A stretch of DNA of 64,000 bases from Escherichia phage Barry: sequence record LR880803; one strand, 5' to 3'. The notes under the pieces are model-generated. The model was not told the DNA's origin. It did not search any database and saw nothing but the letters and a program-made list of their open reading frames with translations. This document shows positions 54,658-64,000 of the stretch, one piece after another (positions within the stretch are counted from its first letter, which is position 1; each line of letters begins with the position of its first letter). A program made the translations under genes and the position numbers.

Positions 54658-54856
54658 ACGCCTTTGGGAAGGTTTGGTTGTTGATGCACCAGCTATTGTG
54701 ATTGGTATGCTTATTGTTAACCTATTTACTGACTTTGAACAAGGTTCATTGTTTGGAGCCATGTTACTATGGGTTATCTTTGAAATATTAGAGATACAAC
54801 TAGGCATCACTGAAAAACTAAGAAAACTCGTTTCAAAGTTTTCTAAAAAGATTTAA
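54650..54856 (+). CDS. small membrane protein
   Basis: 68-aa hydrophobic ORF. Confidence 0.35.
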   Translation: MLKRLWEGLVVDAPAIVIGMLIVNLFTDFEQGSLFGAMLLWVIFEILEIQLGITEKLRKLVSKFSKKI

Positions 54857-54862
54857 AATGAA

Positions 54863-54886
54863 AGGGTCTCTTCGGAGACCTTTTTA
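54863..54886 (+). terminator. rho-independent terminator
   Basis: Hairpin gggtctc-ttcg-gagacc followed by TTTTT. Confidence 0.6.
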
Positions 54887-54904
54887 GCATGTAAAGGGGT
54901 AATA

Positions 54905-57049
54905 ATGAACAAAGTACAGATTATTAAAAAGAATGGCTCACTTGAAGAACCCGATATCAAAAAAGTTTTAGCAGCAGTAACTAAGTCAGCTAACAGGGTT
55001 GGATATAAAGAACTTCCACCAGATGTTACCCAAGCTCTTGAGTCAGCATTTATGAGGATTCTGGTAAAGTCCACTAAGCAGAATAATTTGCTCATCTCGG
55101 TAAATGATATTCACAGTATTGTTGAGGGTGCTTTGGCAGAAGTCAATCACGAGATTTATGAGTCTTACTCAACATATAGAAATTACCGTAAAGAGGTTGC
55201 TCAAAATTGGGACGAGCTTTACCAAAAGACTAGGGATACACTCTTCTTAGGTGACCGTGAAAATGCTAACTTTGACAGTAGTTTAATTTCTACAAAAGGC
55301 TCAATTATTCGTGGTTACTTGACTAAAGAAATCTTTAAACAGTACCATTTAACACCAGAGGAACTTGAAGCCATTGAAAAAGGGTTTATCTACATCCATG
55401 ACTTAAGAGACCTAATTTTTGGTGGTATCAACTGTTGCCTGTTTGACATCGGCAAAGTACTGAAAGGTGGCTTTGAAATGTCTGGTATCGAATACTGTGA
55501 ACCAAAGTCTGTGCTGTCAGCCTTACAGGTTATTGGTGATGTAGTTCTTTCAGCAACTGCACAGCAATTTGGTGGCTTTACTTTAGCAGAGATTGATAAG
55601 GTACTTGTGCCGTATGCTAAAAAATCTTTAGTGTACCACTCAGAGAAAGCTGAAGAGTACGGAATCCCTAAAGAGCAACACTATAATTACGTAATGGAGC
55701 AATTACAGAATGAGTTAACACAAGGTTTCCAATCTCTTGAAATGAAACTCAACACTGTTCCTTGCAGTCGCGGTGATTTTGCATTTACTACTCTGACATT
55801 TGGCCTGTTGGAACCAGATATGCACAATGAAGATAACCGTCTTCAGTTTATGATTGCTAATACAATCCTTAATGTAAGGATGAACGGGCAAGGGAAAAGC
55901 AAAAAACCTGTTGTTTTTCCTAAACTTGTGTATATCTATGAAGAGACAAGACATAAACTTGATGTATGCCAAGCAAGGTTGTTTGAAAAAGCTATTGAGT
56001 GTTGCTCTAAAGCGATGTATCCAGATTTCTTAAGTGTATCTGGTCATGGTGCTGTAGCAGATGCTTTTGAGCGTTCTGGTAAGGTGATTTCACCGATGGG
56101 TTGCAGAGCTTTCTTGTCTCCATATCTTAATGATAACGGAGAGGAGTTCTATGTAGGTCGTGCTAACATCGGTGCTGTTTCTTTGAACTTACCAATGATT
56201 TACCAGTATTCTAAAGAGAATGGTTTAGATTTCTGGAAAGAGCTTGATAAGTACCTAGAAATGATTCGTAGTTTCCACAAGAAACGCTATGAAATGATTG
56301 CCAATATGCCAGCAAGTTCTAACCCTCTTGCATTTACACAAGGTGGTCTGTACAAAGGAACTAAGAAGCCTACTGACAGGGTTGGTTGGGATATTGTGAA
56401 GTCCTTCACAGCTTCTTTTGGGGTTACTGCGCTTGATGAGCTATCTGTTCTTGCTGAAGGTAAACGACTTCATGAAGTTGGAAGCTATAGTTTTGCATAT
56501 GATGTTCTGGCATACATCAACATGAAAACTGAAGAGTTTAAGAACGAAGATGGCTTCTTGTATGCGGTATATGGCACTCCAGCAGAATCACTTTGTGGAA
56601 CTCAGTTAAAACAGTTCAGAGATATGTTTGGCGTTATTAAAGGTGTCTCTGACAAGGAATACTTTACAAACAGTTTCCATATGAATGTTGCAGCAGACAT
56701 CTCACCATTTGAGAAGCAGGACTTAGAAGAGCCATTCTTCCATATCTGTAGAGGTGGTAGAATCCAGTATGTAAGAGTAGCTAACCCAGAAAACTTAACA
56801 GCACTTAAAAGTTGTATTACCAGAGGGATGTTGAAGGGTTTTTATCAGGGACTTAACTTTGACTTAGCAATCTGTGAACATTGTGGTAACAGACCAAAGG
56901 CTGATGTTGAAGAATGTGAGGTTTGTCATTCACACGATATCTCTGTGATTAACAGGGTGTGCGGGTACTTGTCATTCACAAAAATTAAAGGTCAGTCTCG
57001 AATGAATGACGCTAAGATGGCAGAAATTAAGGATAGGGTTTCTATGTAG
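54905..57049 (+). CDS. nrdD: anaerobic ribonucleoside-triphosphate reductase (class III, NrdD)
   Basis: 714 aa with N-terminal ATP-cone-like region, C-terminal glycyl-radical motif NRVCGYL, and CxxC zinc-site motifs (CEHCGN, CEVCHS). Confidence 0.8.
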   Translation: MNKVQIIKKNGSLEEPDIKKVLAAVTKSANRVGYKELPPDVTQALESAFMRILVKSTKQNNLLISVNDIHSIVEGALAEVNHEIYESYSTYRNYRKEVAQNWDELYQKTRDTLFLGDRENANFDSSLISTKGSIIRGYLTKEIFKQYHLTPEELEAIEKGFIYIHDLRDLIFGGINCCLFDIGKVLKGGFEMSGIEYCEPKSVLSALQVIGDVVLSATAQQFGGFTLAEIDKVLVPYAKKSLVYHSEKAEEYGIPKEQHYNYVMEQLQNELTQGFQSLEMKLNTVPCSRGDFAFTTLTFGLLEPDMHNEDNRLQFMIANTILNVRMNGQGKSKKPVVFPKLVYIYEETRHKLDVCQARLFEKAIECCSKAMYPDFLSVSGHGAVADAFERSGKVISPMGCRAFLSPYLNDNGEEFYVGRANIGAVSLNLPMIYQYSKENGLDFWKELDKYLEMIRSFHKKRYEMIANMPASSNPLAFTQGGLYKGTKKPTDRVGWDIVKSFTASFGVTALDELSVLAEGKRLHEVGSYSFAYDVLAYINMKTEEFKNEDGFLYAVYGTPAESLCGTQLKQFRDMFGVIKGVSDKEYFTNSFHMNVAADISPFEKQDLEEPFFHICRGGRIQYVRVANPENLTALKSCITRGMLKGFYQGLNFDLAICEHCGNRPKADVEECEVCHSHDISVINRVCGYLSFTKIKGQSRMNDAKMAEIKDRVSM

Positions 57050-57056
57050 CATACAA

Positions 57057-57614
57057 ATGAATTACGAACTAATATATAATGCAATTATTAAGAAGGCACA
57101 TTCTGAAAGGGGTGTGCCTCTTACATACTACAAATGTCAAGGTAAGGGTTATGAAAGACACCATATCATACCAGTATGTCTAGGTGGCGATAAAATTAGT
57201 GGAGATAATATTGCTTTACTTACACCTAGAGAGCATTATATAGCTCATAAACTACTGGTTAAGATGTATCCAAACAATCATAAGTTATGGTTTGCATGGA
57301 ACAGGCTAGCTCATGATGGCCTAGATAGGAAAATATCATCCAGAGACTATGAAAAGGTAAGGGCTTTGAACTCGAAAGCTCTATCTATTGTGAATAAAGG
57401 TAGGGTTTTCACTGAAGAACATCGAAGACGATTAGGAGAATCTCAAATAGGCAATACAAAGTCAAAAGGTTGTAAGAGGTCTATAGAAACAAGGAAGAAG
57501 ATGTCAGAAGCCGGAAAAAAGCCAAAGAAAAAGAAAACTTGCCCTCATTGTGGCATGACTGGTGGTGCTGGTAACATGACTCGATATCATTTTGACAATT
57601 GTAAGAAAAAATAA
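57057..57614 (+). CDS. HNH homing endonuclease between nrdD and nrdG
   Basis: HNH motif YERHHIIPVCLGGDKISGDNIALLTPREHYIAH; C-terminal CPHC zinc-finger-like motif. Confidence 0.6.
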   Translation: MNYELIYNAIIKKAHSERGVPLTYYKCQGKGYERHHIIPVCLGGDKISGDNIALLTPREHYIAHKLLVKMYPNNHKLWFAWNRLAHDGLDRKISSRDYEKVRALNSKALSIVNKGRVFTEEHRRRLGESQIGNTKSKGCKRSIETRKKMSEAGKKPKKKKTCPHCGMTGGAGNMTRYHFDNCKKK

Positions 57615-57627
57615 CCTATGTAAAACT

Positions 57628-57656
57628 TGACAAGGTGATGTGGGTCTTGATAGGCT
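57628..57656 (+). promoter_or_regulatory. candidate promoter with extended -35 motif TTGACAAGGTG
   Basis: aacTTGACAAGGTGatg at 57625-57641, same motif as at 41777 and on the minus strand near 38190; -10 is weak. Confidence 0.3.
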
Positions 57657-57777
57657 TACATCACCTTTTTTATTGGATGTTATATATGGCAGAGAGTATT
57701 ATTGGGTTGTTCATAGGTTCTGTCTTACTAGGGTTCTTTTTAGGACTCTCTTATTGTGAATTGAGAGATAAGTTAAA

Positions 57778-57978
57778 ATGTTTAAAATACCAAAAGCATT
57801 GATGCCAATGCTCCGAACACTAGTCTTCTTCTTTGGGGTTAGTGTTATGGTATGGGGCTTTTCTGACCCACAATGGGGTTTCTCATACCACGGTCAGATG
57901 GATTTATGGTCATGCTTCAAACCATTTTTAGGGTTAGCTATAGCATTCAGTGCATTACCAACTAAGGTGAAATTATGA
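57778..57978 (+). CDS. small membrane protein
   Basis: 66-aa hydrophobic ORF. Confidence 0.35.
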   Translation: MFKIPKALMPMLRTLVFFFGVSVMVWGFSDPQWGFSYHGQMDLWSCFKPFLGLAIAFSALPTKVKL

Positions 57979-58370
57979 TTAAGTTGAGCCAAAAACAGTT
58001 AGAGTGGATTAAAGATTATGCCTCAGAGTGTGGCTCTTGCGAAAAGAATCACGTAAGATACTCAACATTCCACACGGTCTTCACATTGTATATTGGTGAC
58101 AATGTTCTAAGTGATTCTGTAGAAGATAGTGTAGCATTACCTAATGAATTACTTGATAAACTAGCTGTAGTCTCTGGAACTTGGTCTGAAGAAGATGGTC
58201 ACAAACTATCTGACGATGTTGTCTTCTACACCCTTGAAAACATCATGAATCCAGAGTACATTATGCTAATGACTTGCGCACAAGATTGTGTACCATTACA
58301 AAACTTCATTAAAGAGTACTGTGAAGAATTTATTACTAAACAGGTTCCTTGTCAGGTGGTGTTTGAATGA
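57975..58370 (+). CDS. hypothetical protein
   Basis: 131-aa acidic ORF. Confidence 0.4.
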   Translation: MIKLSQKQLEWIKDYASECGSCEKNHVRYSTFHTVFTLYIGDNVLSDSVEDSVALPNELLDKLAVVSGTWSEEDGHKLSDDVVFYTLENIMNPEYIMLMTCAQDCVPLQNFIKEYCEEFITKQVPCQVVFE

Positions 58371-58666
58371 GTAAAACAATTCGAAGAAAAGGTTTAAAGA
58401 ACGTTCATGGACTTTATGAGTGGAGAAATGAGGTACGTAACAGAGAAAATGCTTCAGATGTCTACTTCCATTCTGATATGATGTCCAGAAAAGGTGGCTC
58501 TTATGACTTTACAAGTCAACCTTGTAGGGAGATTAAGAAGGCTACTAAACGTCTTACAAGAACACAAATCAGGCAGCTTTCTAAGACATCCTTCTTAGAT
58601 GAAGACTTTGACATTGATAGCAAGTCTCCAAAGAAAGCCGCTAAGAACACTTATATGTATTGGTGA
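58367..58666 (+). CDS. hypothetical basic protein
   Basis: 99-aa ORF. Confidence 0.4.
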   Translation: MSKTIRRKGLKNVHGLYEWRNEVRNRENASDVYFHSDMMSRKGGSYDFTSQPCREIKKATKRLTRTQIRQLSKTSFLDEDFDIDSKSPKKAAKNTYMYW

Positions 58667-58675
58667 GGTAACTAG

Positions 58676-59161
58676 ATGAATTACATGGAGATTCGACCAT
58701 TTGACACAGCTAATGGTGAAGGGGTTCGTGTAAGCCTCTTCGTAGCTGGTTGTAAGCATCACTGCGAAGGCTGCTTTAACAGGGAGTCTTGGAAGTTTAA
58801 TGCTGGTAAAGTGTTCACTTATGCAAACCTATATGGAATCATCCAGTTAATGGGTGACGATGCTGTCAGTGGGTTGTCAATACTTGGTGGAGAACCTCTG
58901 GATGATAGAAATATTCAAGAGGTTACCAATATATGTAAACGTATTAAAACTGTTTACCCAGAGAAGTCTATCTGGCTCTGGACAGGTTTTCAGTTACACG
59001 AAAAAATTCACCTAGATGTAATGAAATATGTTGACGTGGTGATTGATGGTAAGTATGATTCATCTAAACCAACAGTTAAACCGTATCGTGGTTCTGATAA
59101 CCAAAACCTCTGGAGAAAAGAGTATGGGTGGCAAGGTGATTGTCAGTGGCGAGCCGAGTAA
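58676..59161 (+). CDS. nrdG: anaerobic ribonucleotide reductase activating protein (radical SAM, NrdG)
   Basis: Radical-SAM cysteine motif CKHHCEGC near the N-terminus; small size, near nrdD. Confidence 0.75.
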   Translation: MNYMEIRPFDTANGEGVRVSLFVAGCKHHCEGCFNRESWKFNAGKVFTYANLYGIIQLMGDDAVSGLSILGGEPLDDRNIQEVTNICKRIKTVYPEKSIWLWTGFQLHEKIHLDVMKYVDVVIDGKYDSSKPTVKPYRGSDNQNLWRKEYGWQGDCQWRAE

Positions 59162-59286
59162 GTCTCGTCGTAAAGTAGGTTATCGGTAAAGGCCACTTTA
59201 CAATGTTCTACAGAACAAACTTAACCGTTTGGTGTCACTGAAGAAGAACTTAAAACCTTTTGTGAAAAGATTGAGAGAGATATGAA

Positions 59287-59544
59287 ATGGGACTCTGGAA
59301 TAGTTTTAAATCAAAAGTAAAAGCAGCACTAGCTTCATTAGGTATGCTCACTGGTGTTGATGTGACTCATCTTATGCAGAACTTTAAGATGGATGAGAAG
59401 CTGACTAATGAGATTATGAAAAGTATCTATGTAGGCCGTGGCAAAGGTGGTAAGAAACAAGCCCACCGTCCGTCTGGTGCAGCAGCTATTAAACGAGCAG
59501 CTAAGAAAGCTCGTAACCGTAAACGTAATAAGAAGGCTAAATAA
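59287..59544 (+). CDS. small basic protein
   Basis: 85 aa, Lys/Arg-rich C-terminus. Confidence 0.4.
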   Translation: MGLWNSFKSKVKAALASLGMLTGVDVTHLMQNFKMDEKLTNEIMKSIYVGRGKGGKKQAHRPSGAAAIKRAAKKARNRKRNKKAK

Positions 59545-59546
59545 TC

Positions 59547-59867
59547 ATGAGCAAAGTTTATAACACTCGTAAATTACAGATTTTCTTACTGTGCCAGTTT
59601 ATGGCTAGAGAACATAGCTCCTACTATTGTGGTACAGGATTCATTAGTGATAATGATGGCTCATATCTCCCATTCAAAGAGGCTGTAAAACTCTTCAATG
59701 AAGAGAAAAGCTCTGAGAAAGGTATTGAAAAGGTTAAATTAACCTATAGTAAGAAAGATAAGAAGATTATCTGCCTAGATAACTTTGTGAAAGTTACCAA
59801 AGAAACTAAAGAGTTAATGGAAGAAAGTGAAATTCCATTCACAAGAATCTTGAAAGTAGCTCAGTAA
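59547..59867 (+). CDS. hypothetical protein
   Basis: 106-aa ORF followed by a terminator. Confidence 0.4.
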   Translation: MSKVYNTRKLQIFLLCQFMAREHSSYYCGTGFISDNDGSYLPFKEAVKLFNEEKSSEKGIEKVKLTYSKKDKKIICLDNFVKVTKETKELMEESEIPFTRILKVAQ

Positions 59868-59881
59868 ACAGATACTATAAG

Positions 59882-59910
59882 GGGACTGTAAAGGTTCCCT
59901 TTTTATTTTG
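59882..59910 (+). terminator. rho-independent terminator
   Basis: Hairpin ggga-ctgtaaaggt-tccc followed by TTTTTATTTT. Confidence 0.45.
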
Positions 59911-59918
59911 GAGGTAAA

Positions 59919-60434
59919 ATGTATCTGTCAAACCTGAAACGTTCGGTTGCAATGTCAGTTCTAAGACTCAGCTTTGATGAGCGTCAAGAGTTTATAGACT
60001 CCCACAAATATGACCCTTCAAATTCTAATCACATGGTTCTTTGGAATCGTGATAACTTCCGTGAAAGAGCACTTGTCCGTTATTACCCACACTACACAAT
60101 AGATAACCTGTATGAATGGTGTGTTGTGAAGAACACCATTGCAACACTGAACAATCTTTGCAGGTATACTGGTAAGCAAACATTTACATTAGGTCATCAC
60201 AAACCTGTTACAAAAGGTGGTGAACATCACTGTGCAAACTGGTTTATCCAAACTAAAGCTGATAACCAGAAGCAAGGAGATAGCCTCCTAAGTATCCCTA
60301 AGATGACCTATGAAGAGCAAGAGAAATATATCAAAAATAATATGCCAGATGTGCTTGACAACAACTATACAGATTTGGCAATATCTCTCCTGTTGAAGTT
60401 CGAGACAGTTTATAGGGCAACTTATAATGACTAA
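59919..60434 (+). CDS. putative HNH-family endonuclease
   Basis: Motif LGHHKPVTKGGEHHCANWFIQTKADNQKQG resembles an HNH core; low confidence. Confidence 0.35.
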   Translation: MYLSNLKRSVAMSVLRLSFDERQEFIDSHKYDPSNSNHMVLWNRDNFRERALVRYYPHYTIDNLYEWCVVKNTIATLNNLCRYTGKQTFTLGHHKPVTKGGEHHCANWFIQTKADNQKQGDSLLSIPKMTYEEQEKYIKNNMPDVLDNNYTDLAISLLLKFETVYRATYND

Positions 60435-60705
60435 AGAAAAGTGGGAGATTTTACCATTAGTCAGTGAAGGAGGTAATGGTTGTGAAATGTACATGATACG
60501 TGGTCATGTTCCAGAGCCAATTGCACTTGAGATGGTAAACAACTTTACAGATGGTTCTTACAAAGACTTAGGCGAACCAACTGTCAAGCAACAATGGGTT
60601 AAACCTGTACCAGACAGCACAGGTAACTGTAGTGTACTTTATCACGTTGTAGACCCTGCAAAATGCAAATCTGCAATGGCAGTAACAAACGTAACTTTTG
60701 ATTGA
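60427..60705 (+). CDS. hypothetical protein
   Basis: 92-aa ORF. Confidence 0.35.
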   Translation: MTKEKWEILPLVSEGGNGCEMYMIRGHVPEPIALEMVNNFTDGSYKDLGEPTVKQQWVKPVPDSTGNCSVLYHVVDPAKCKSAMAVTNVTFD

Positions 60706-60716
60706 GAGAGAAAACT

Positions 60717-61598
60717 ATGAAAACATCTATCCGTGTTACAGTTCATTCACCAACTAAAGGGACTCATGAAGAAGAGTTTAACATCGTCCAATTCCCTTCT
60801 GGTGAGATTGGTGGACACTTTTCGCCAGAGTTTGTTGATTTTACTGCTTATGCAGCATCATCCATCAACAATGTGATTATGATTGTAAAAGGTTATGACA
60901 AGGACACATTGTTTGCTGTGGCACTTGCTAAAGAAGCAATTGATGATTTAATTCCTCATGATTATGCTTTAAAGACTGTCATCTTTTACTACTTACCAAA
61001 TGCACGATATGACCGTCACATGTTTAAAGGTGACGCAGCAGCTTTAAAGGTTTTTGCTAAACAGATTAATGCAATGGGATTTGGCGCAGTCTGTGCAGTT
61101 GACCCTCACAGCTATGTACCAGATAACCTGTTTAACTGCTTCCAGAGTATTCCTCAAAAGGAGATTGCAGTCCACTATGCAAATGACCCACTGGTTGATT
61201 ACTTAGTAGCCCCAGATGCAGGTGCTGCTAAGAAGGTTGCAGAGACCGCTAAAGAGGTGGATAAACCATATATCACAATGTCTAAGGTGCGTAACCTTAA
61301 GACTGGTGAAATTACTGGTATGCGAATCCTTGATGATGTTGATTTGACAGATAAAACCGTCATGATTCTGGATGATATCTGTGATGGTGGTCGAACCTTC
61401 ATAGAAGCAGCTAAGCATCTTCGTGAAGCAGGTGCAAAACGTGTGGAACTCTATGTAACACATGGTATCTTCTCTAAAGATGTTGAAAACCTTCTTGACA
61501 ATGGCATTGACCACATCTACACTACAAACTCTTTAGGGGAAGCTAAAGACCGTGGCTTAACACATTATGGTCAAGTTACTGTAGCAAACCTTGATTGA
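60717..61598 (+). CDS. prs: ribose-phosphate pyrophosphokinase family protein (Prs-like; possible ADP-ribose pyrophosphokinase)
   Basis: PRPP-synthetase motifs: ribose-5-P loop VMILDDICDGGRT, GAKRVELYVTHGIFS, VDPHS; ATG at 60717 with SD gagagag. Confidence 0.7.
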   Translation: MKTSIRVTVHSPTKGTHEEEFNIVQFPSGEIGGHFSPEFVDFTAYAASSINNVIMIVKGYDKDTLFAVALAKEAIDDLIPHDYALKTVIFYYLPNARYDRHMFKGDAAALKVFAKQINAMGFGAVCAVDPHSYVPDNLFNCFQSIPQKEIAVHYANDPLVDYLVAPDAGAAKKVAETAKEVDKPYITMSKVRNLKTGEITGMRILDDVDLTDKTVMILDDICDGGRTFIEAAKHLREAGAKRVELYVTHGIFSKDVENLLDNGIDHIYTTNSLGEAKDRGLTHYGQVTVANLD

Positions 61599-61606
61599 AA
61601 CTTTAT

Positions 61607-61629
61607 AGGGGCTTAAAAGCCCCATTTTG
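61607..61629 (+). terminator. rho-independent terminator-like hairpin
   Basis: ggggcttaaaagcccc followed by ATTTTG. Confidence 0.4.
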
Positions 61630-61643
61630 AGAGAGATTAAAAG

Positions 61644-63425
61644 ATGACTAAATCACTTTATGCAGTACCAGCAGGTTTAAATGCAGATGCTTACAAATCT
61701 GGTCATGTTTACCAGTATCCTAGTGCAACAGAATACTTGATGTTCAACCTGACACCACGTAGTGATAAATGGTTTAACAGCCCTTTAGCAATTGACGGTG
61801 TAGTGGCTTTTGGTATTCAACGTTTCGTTAAAGATTACCTGATAGACCACTGGAACGCCACTTTCTTTGAACGTGATAAAAAAGAAGCAGTTGACGAAAT
61901 CTTAGAAGTCATGAATGGTGTTCTGGGTAAAGATGCTATCGGTCGAGAGCATTGGGAAGCACTTCACGATTTAGGCTATCTACCAGTTGAAGTATACGCT
62001 GTAGAAGAAGGTACAGTTGTTCCTATGCGTGTTCCAATGATTGTCTTCCAGAACACTGTTTCAGGTTTCCATTGGGTAGCAGGTTATCTGGAAGATGCTT
62101 TCTCTGCTGAGATTTGGAAGACTTGCACCATTGCAACTATTGCATTGCACTACAAACGTATCTGTAAGAAGTGGGCTGACCTTACTTGCGACAATGACTT
62201 ACATTTACCTTATCAGTGCCATGACTTTGCTATGCGTGGTATGTCCGGCTTTACCGATGACGCATTTAATGCTGTAGGTCACTTAACCAGCTTTAAAGGA
62301 ACTGATAGCTTCCCTGCTGTATACACGGCTAAACGCATCTATGGACAGTCTTACCCAATTTCTGATATTGGTAGTTCTGTACCAGCCACTGAACACTCTG
62401 TAATGTGTGCAAACATTGCTTGGGAAGGTGGTAATGAATTGATTGAAGAGGAAAGACGCTTTAAAGGTGAGTTGCAAACCTTCCGTCGTTTCTTAACAGA
62501 AACTTACCCAACTGGTATTGCAAGTATTGTTTCAGATACTTATAACTTCTGGAGAACTGTGTCAGAAATCTTACCAGCACTTCGTAAAGAAATTATGGAA
62601 CGTGATGGTAAGCTGGTAATTCGCCCTGACTCTGGAGACCCTGTACATATTGTCACAGGCTATAAAGCAATCCACTTAGAGTGTGCTAAGAAGGCTTATT
62701 ATGAGCACCTAAGCAAGCTGGAAGCTAGTGACACAATGTTGAATGCTGTTCTGAACATGAAGCTTGAAAACATCAACTATGGTATTGCTGGATGGCTACT
62801 GTCAGAAGGCTACGAAATGGTTGTTGACAGAGAAGACTTTGAAGTTGCTGATACAGTGATGTTGAAAAATGCTTATATGGTTGGCTCTGCAAACGTTGTA
62901 ACACGTCCTGTAGCAGAGATTGATGGAGCTATTAAGACCCTGTACAACATCTTCGGAGGGACTATTAACTCTAAAGGGTTTAAGGTACTGGATGAGCACA
63001 TCGGCCTTATCTATGGTGACTCTATCACGCTGGAACGTGCAAACGAAATCCTGAAGCGTCTGTATGAAATGGGTTTTGCAAGCTCTAACGTAGTGTTTGG
63101 TGTAGGCTCTTACACTTACCAGTACATGACTCGTGACACCTTTGCATTTGCTGTCAAAGCAACTCTTGCAAGCATTGGTGGTAAAGAGATTATGCTTGCA
63201 AAAGACCCTAAAACAGATAGTGGTGTTAAGAAATCTGCCTTTGGTGGTGTAGCACCTATGTGGGATGGTGATAAGCTGAAAGCTGTAGATGGCTATGGAT
63301 TCCAGAGTTTTGCAGATGTACTTGACCACCAAGCTTGTGCTTTACGTTTAGTCTTTAGCGACTCTGAGCAGTTCGGTTATACAACTCTTGGAGATATTCG
63401 AAATAATATTGACAAGCAGCTTTAA
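61644..63425 (+). CDS. nadV: nicotinamide phosphoribosyltransferase family protein (NadV/NAMPT-like)
   Basis: 593-aa ORF with NAMPT-like architecture directly downstream of the Prs-like gene. Confidence 0.6.
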   Translation: MTKSLYAVPAGLNADAYKSGHVYQYPSATEYLMFNLTPRSDKWFNSPLAIDGVVAFGIQRFVKDYLIDHWNATFFERDKKEAVDEILEVMNGVLGKDAIGREHWEALHDLGYLPVEVYAVEEGTVVPMRVPMIVFQNTVSGFHWVAGYLEDAFSAEIWKTCTIATIALHYKRICKKWADLTCDNDLHLPYQCHDFAMRGMSGFTDDAFNAVGHLTSFKGTDSFPAVYTAKRIYGQSYPISDIGSSVPATEHSVMCANIAWEGGNELIEEERRFKGELQTFRRFLTETYPTGIASIVSDTYNFWRTVSEILPALRKEIMERDGKLVIRPDSGDPVHIVTGYKAIHLECAKKAYYEHLSKLEASDTMLNAVLNMKLENINYGIAGWLLSEGYEMVVDREDFEVADTVMLKNAYMVGSANVVTRPVAEIDGAIKTLYNIFGGTINSKGFKVLDEHIGLIYGDSITLERANEILKRLYEMGFASSNVVFGVGSYTYQYMTRDTFAFAVKATLASIGGKEIMLAKDPKTDSGVKKSAFGGVAPMWDGDKLKAVDGYGFQSFADVLDHQACALRLVFSDSEQFGYTTLGDIRNNIDKQL

Positions 63426-63438
63426 AAGTATATGATAA

Positions 63439-63462
63439 GAGGCTCCTACGGGAGCCTTTTTA
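63439..63462 (+). terminator. rho-independent terminator
   Basis: Hairpin aggctcc-tacg-ggagcct followed by TTTTT. Confidence 0.6.
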
Positions 63463-63478
63463 ATTTCTGGAGAAGATT

Positions 63479-63814
63479 ATGAAAATCAAAGAAATGAACA
63501 TTAACGTTGTCCTAGAAGAACGTTGGGAGAACATTAAGAAACCTGAAGATGGTAAAAAGTTCCTTAACAAAATTTTAGTAGCAGCTAAAGAAGAACTGAC
63601 TGGCAAGATTGCAGCAGCAATCACAATAAAAATCTGTGTAAAAGGTCTTCCACAACATCACCAATTTGCACTTGACGAGTTTAAAGAAAGCTTCTACAAT
63701 CCAAACAAACAGATGCTTGAAAGTAACTTTGCAGTGTCTACAAGTATCGTCCATGACAGAAGCTTTATCCTTTACAAGAATATGAGAGGTGAGTCATGCA
63801 AGCATATTGGATAG
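63479..63814 (+). CDS. hypothetical protein
   Basis: 111-aa ORF with SD ggagaag. Confidence 0.4.
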   Translation: MKIKEMNINVVLEERWENIKKPEDGKKFLNKILVAAKEELTGKIAAAITIKICVKGLPQHHQFALDEFKESFYNPNKQMLESNFAVSTSIVHDRSFILYKNMRGESCKHIG

Positions 63815-63971
63815 AAATTTTACTGTCACTTGGTAGTGTAGCAGTATTTGTTTACCTTCTTTGCAAGTACTATGCAGAGCACAAGAAGTGTGATTACTGC
63901 AACGGGGAAGGGTACACAAGAGCAGGTTGTTGCCCTATTTGTGGTGGTTCTGGTAAAATGTTTAATAAGTA
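63796..63971 (+). CDS. small membrane protein with C-terminal zinc ribbon (58 aa), absent from the ORF track
   Basis: ATG at 63796; hydrophobic N-terminus and CDYCNGEG...CCPICGGSG motif. Confidence 0.35.
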
Positions 63972-64000
63972 ATTTAACAGTAAACTAAGAGGAAAGTATT

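Overview
This 64 kb window reads as a contiguous stretch of a virulent tailed dsDNA phage genome (about 40% GC, no integrase seen). All calls are by-eye reading of the sequence and ORF track; no searches were run. Layout: (1) the 3' end of a vWA-domain gene with an apparent frameshift (1..1091); (2) a ~5.4 kb tRNA island (1257..6511) with 27 predicted tRNAs covering all 20 amino acids, interspersed with promoters, small ORFs and a family of repeated structured non-coding elements; (3) a plus-strand morphogenesis block (6956..29779): terminase large subunit, portal, S49 protease/scaffold, major capsid, sheath/tube, a chaperone pair with a canonical -1 frameshift heptamer, tape measure, baseplate and two tail fibers with HxH repeats; (4) a minus-strand early/replication block (30463..41704): thymidylate synthase, DHFR, ATP-dependent DNA ligase, and a T7-like family A DNA polymerase split inside motif B by a ~0.8 kb intervening sequence carrying an HNH endonuclease; (5) a plus-strand replication and nucleotide-metabolism block (41962..63971): dNMP kinase, primase-helicase, SSB, 5'-3' exonuclease, GIY-YIG and HNH endonucleases, aerobic (nrdA/nrdB/glutaredoxin) and anaerobic (nrdD/nrdG) ribonucleotide reductases, and an adjacent PRPP-synthetase-like plus NAMPT-like pair. 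Most interesting: a candidate Ro60/Rsr-like gene with a Y-RNA-like tRNA mimic inside the tRNA island; three tRNA-Leu with short variable arms; the intron-split polymerase; the Prs-like/NadV-like pair as a possible NAD+ reconstitution counter-defence module; and a two-gene cassette bracketed by ~140 bp direct repeats with pentanucleotide tracts.
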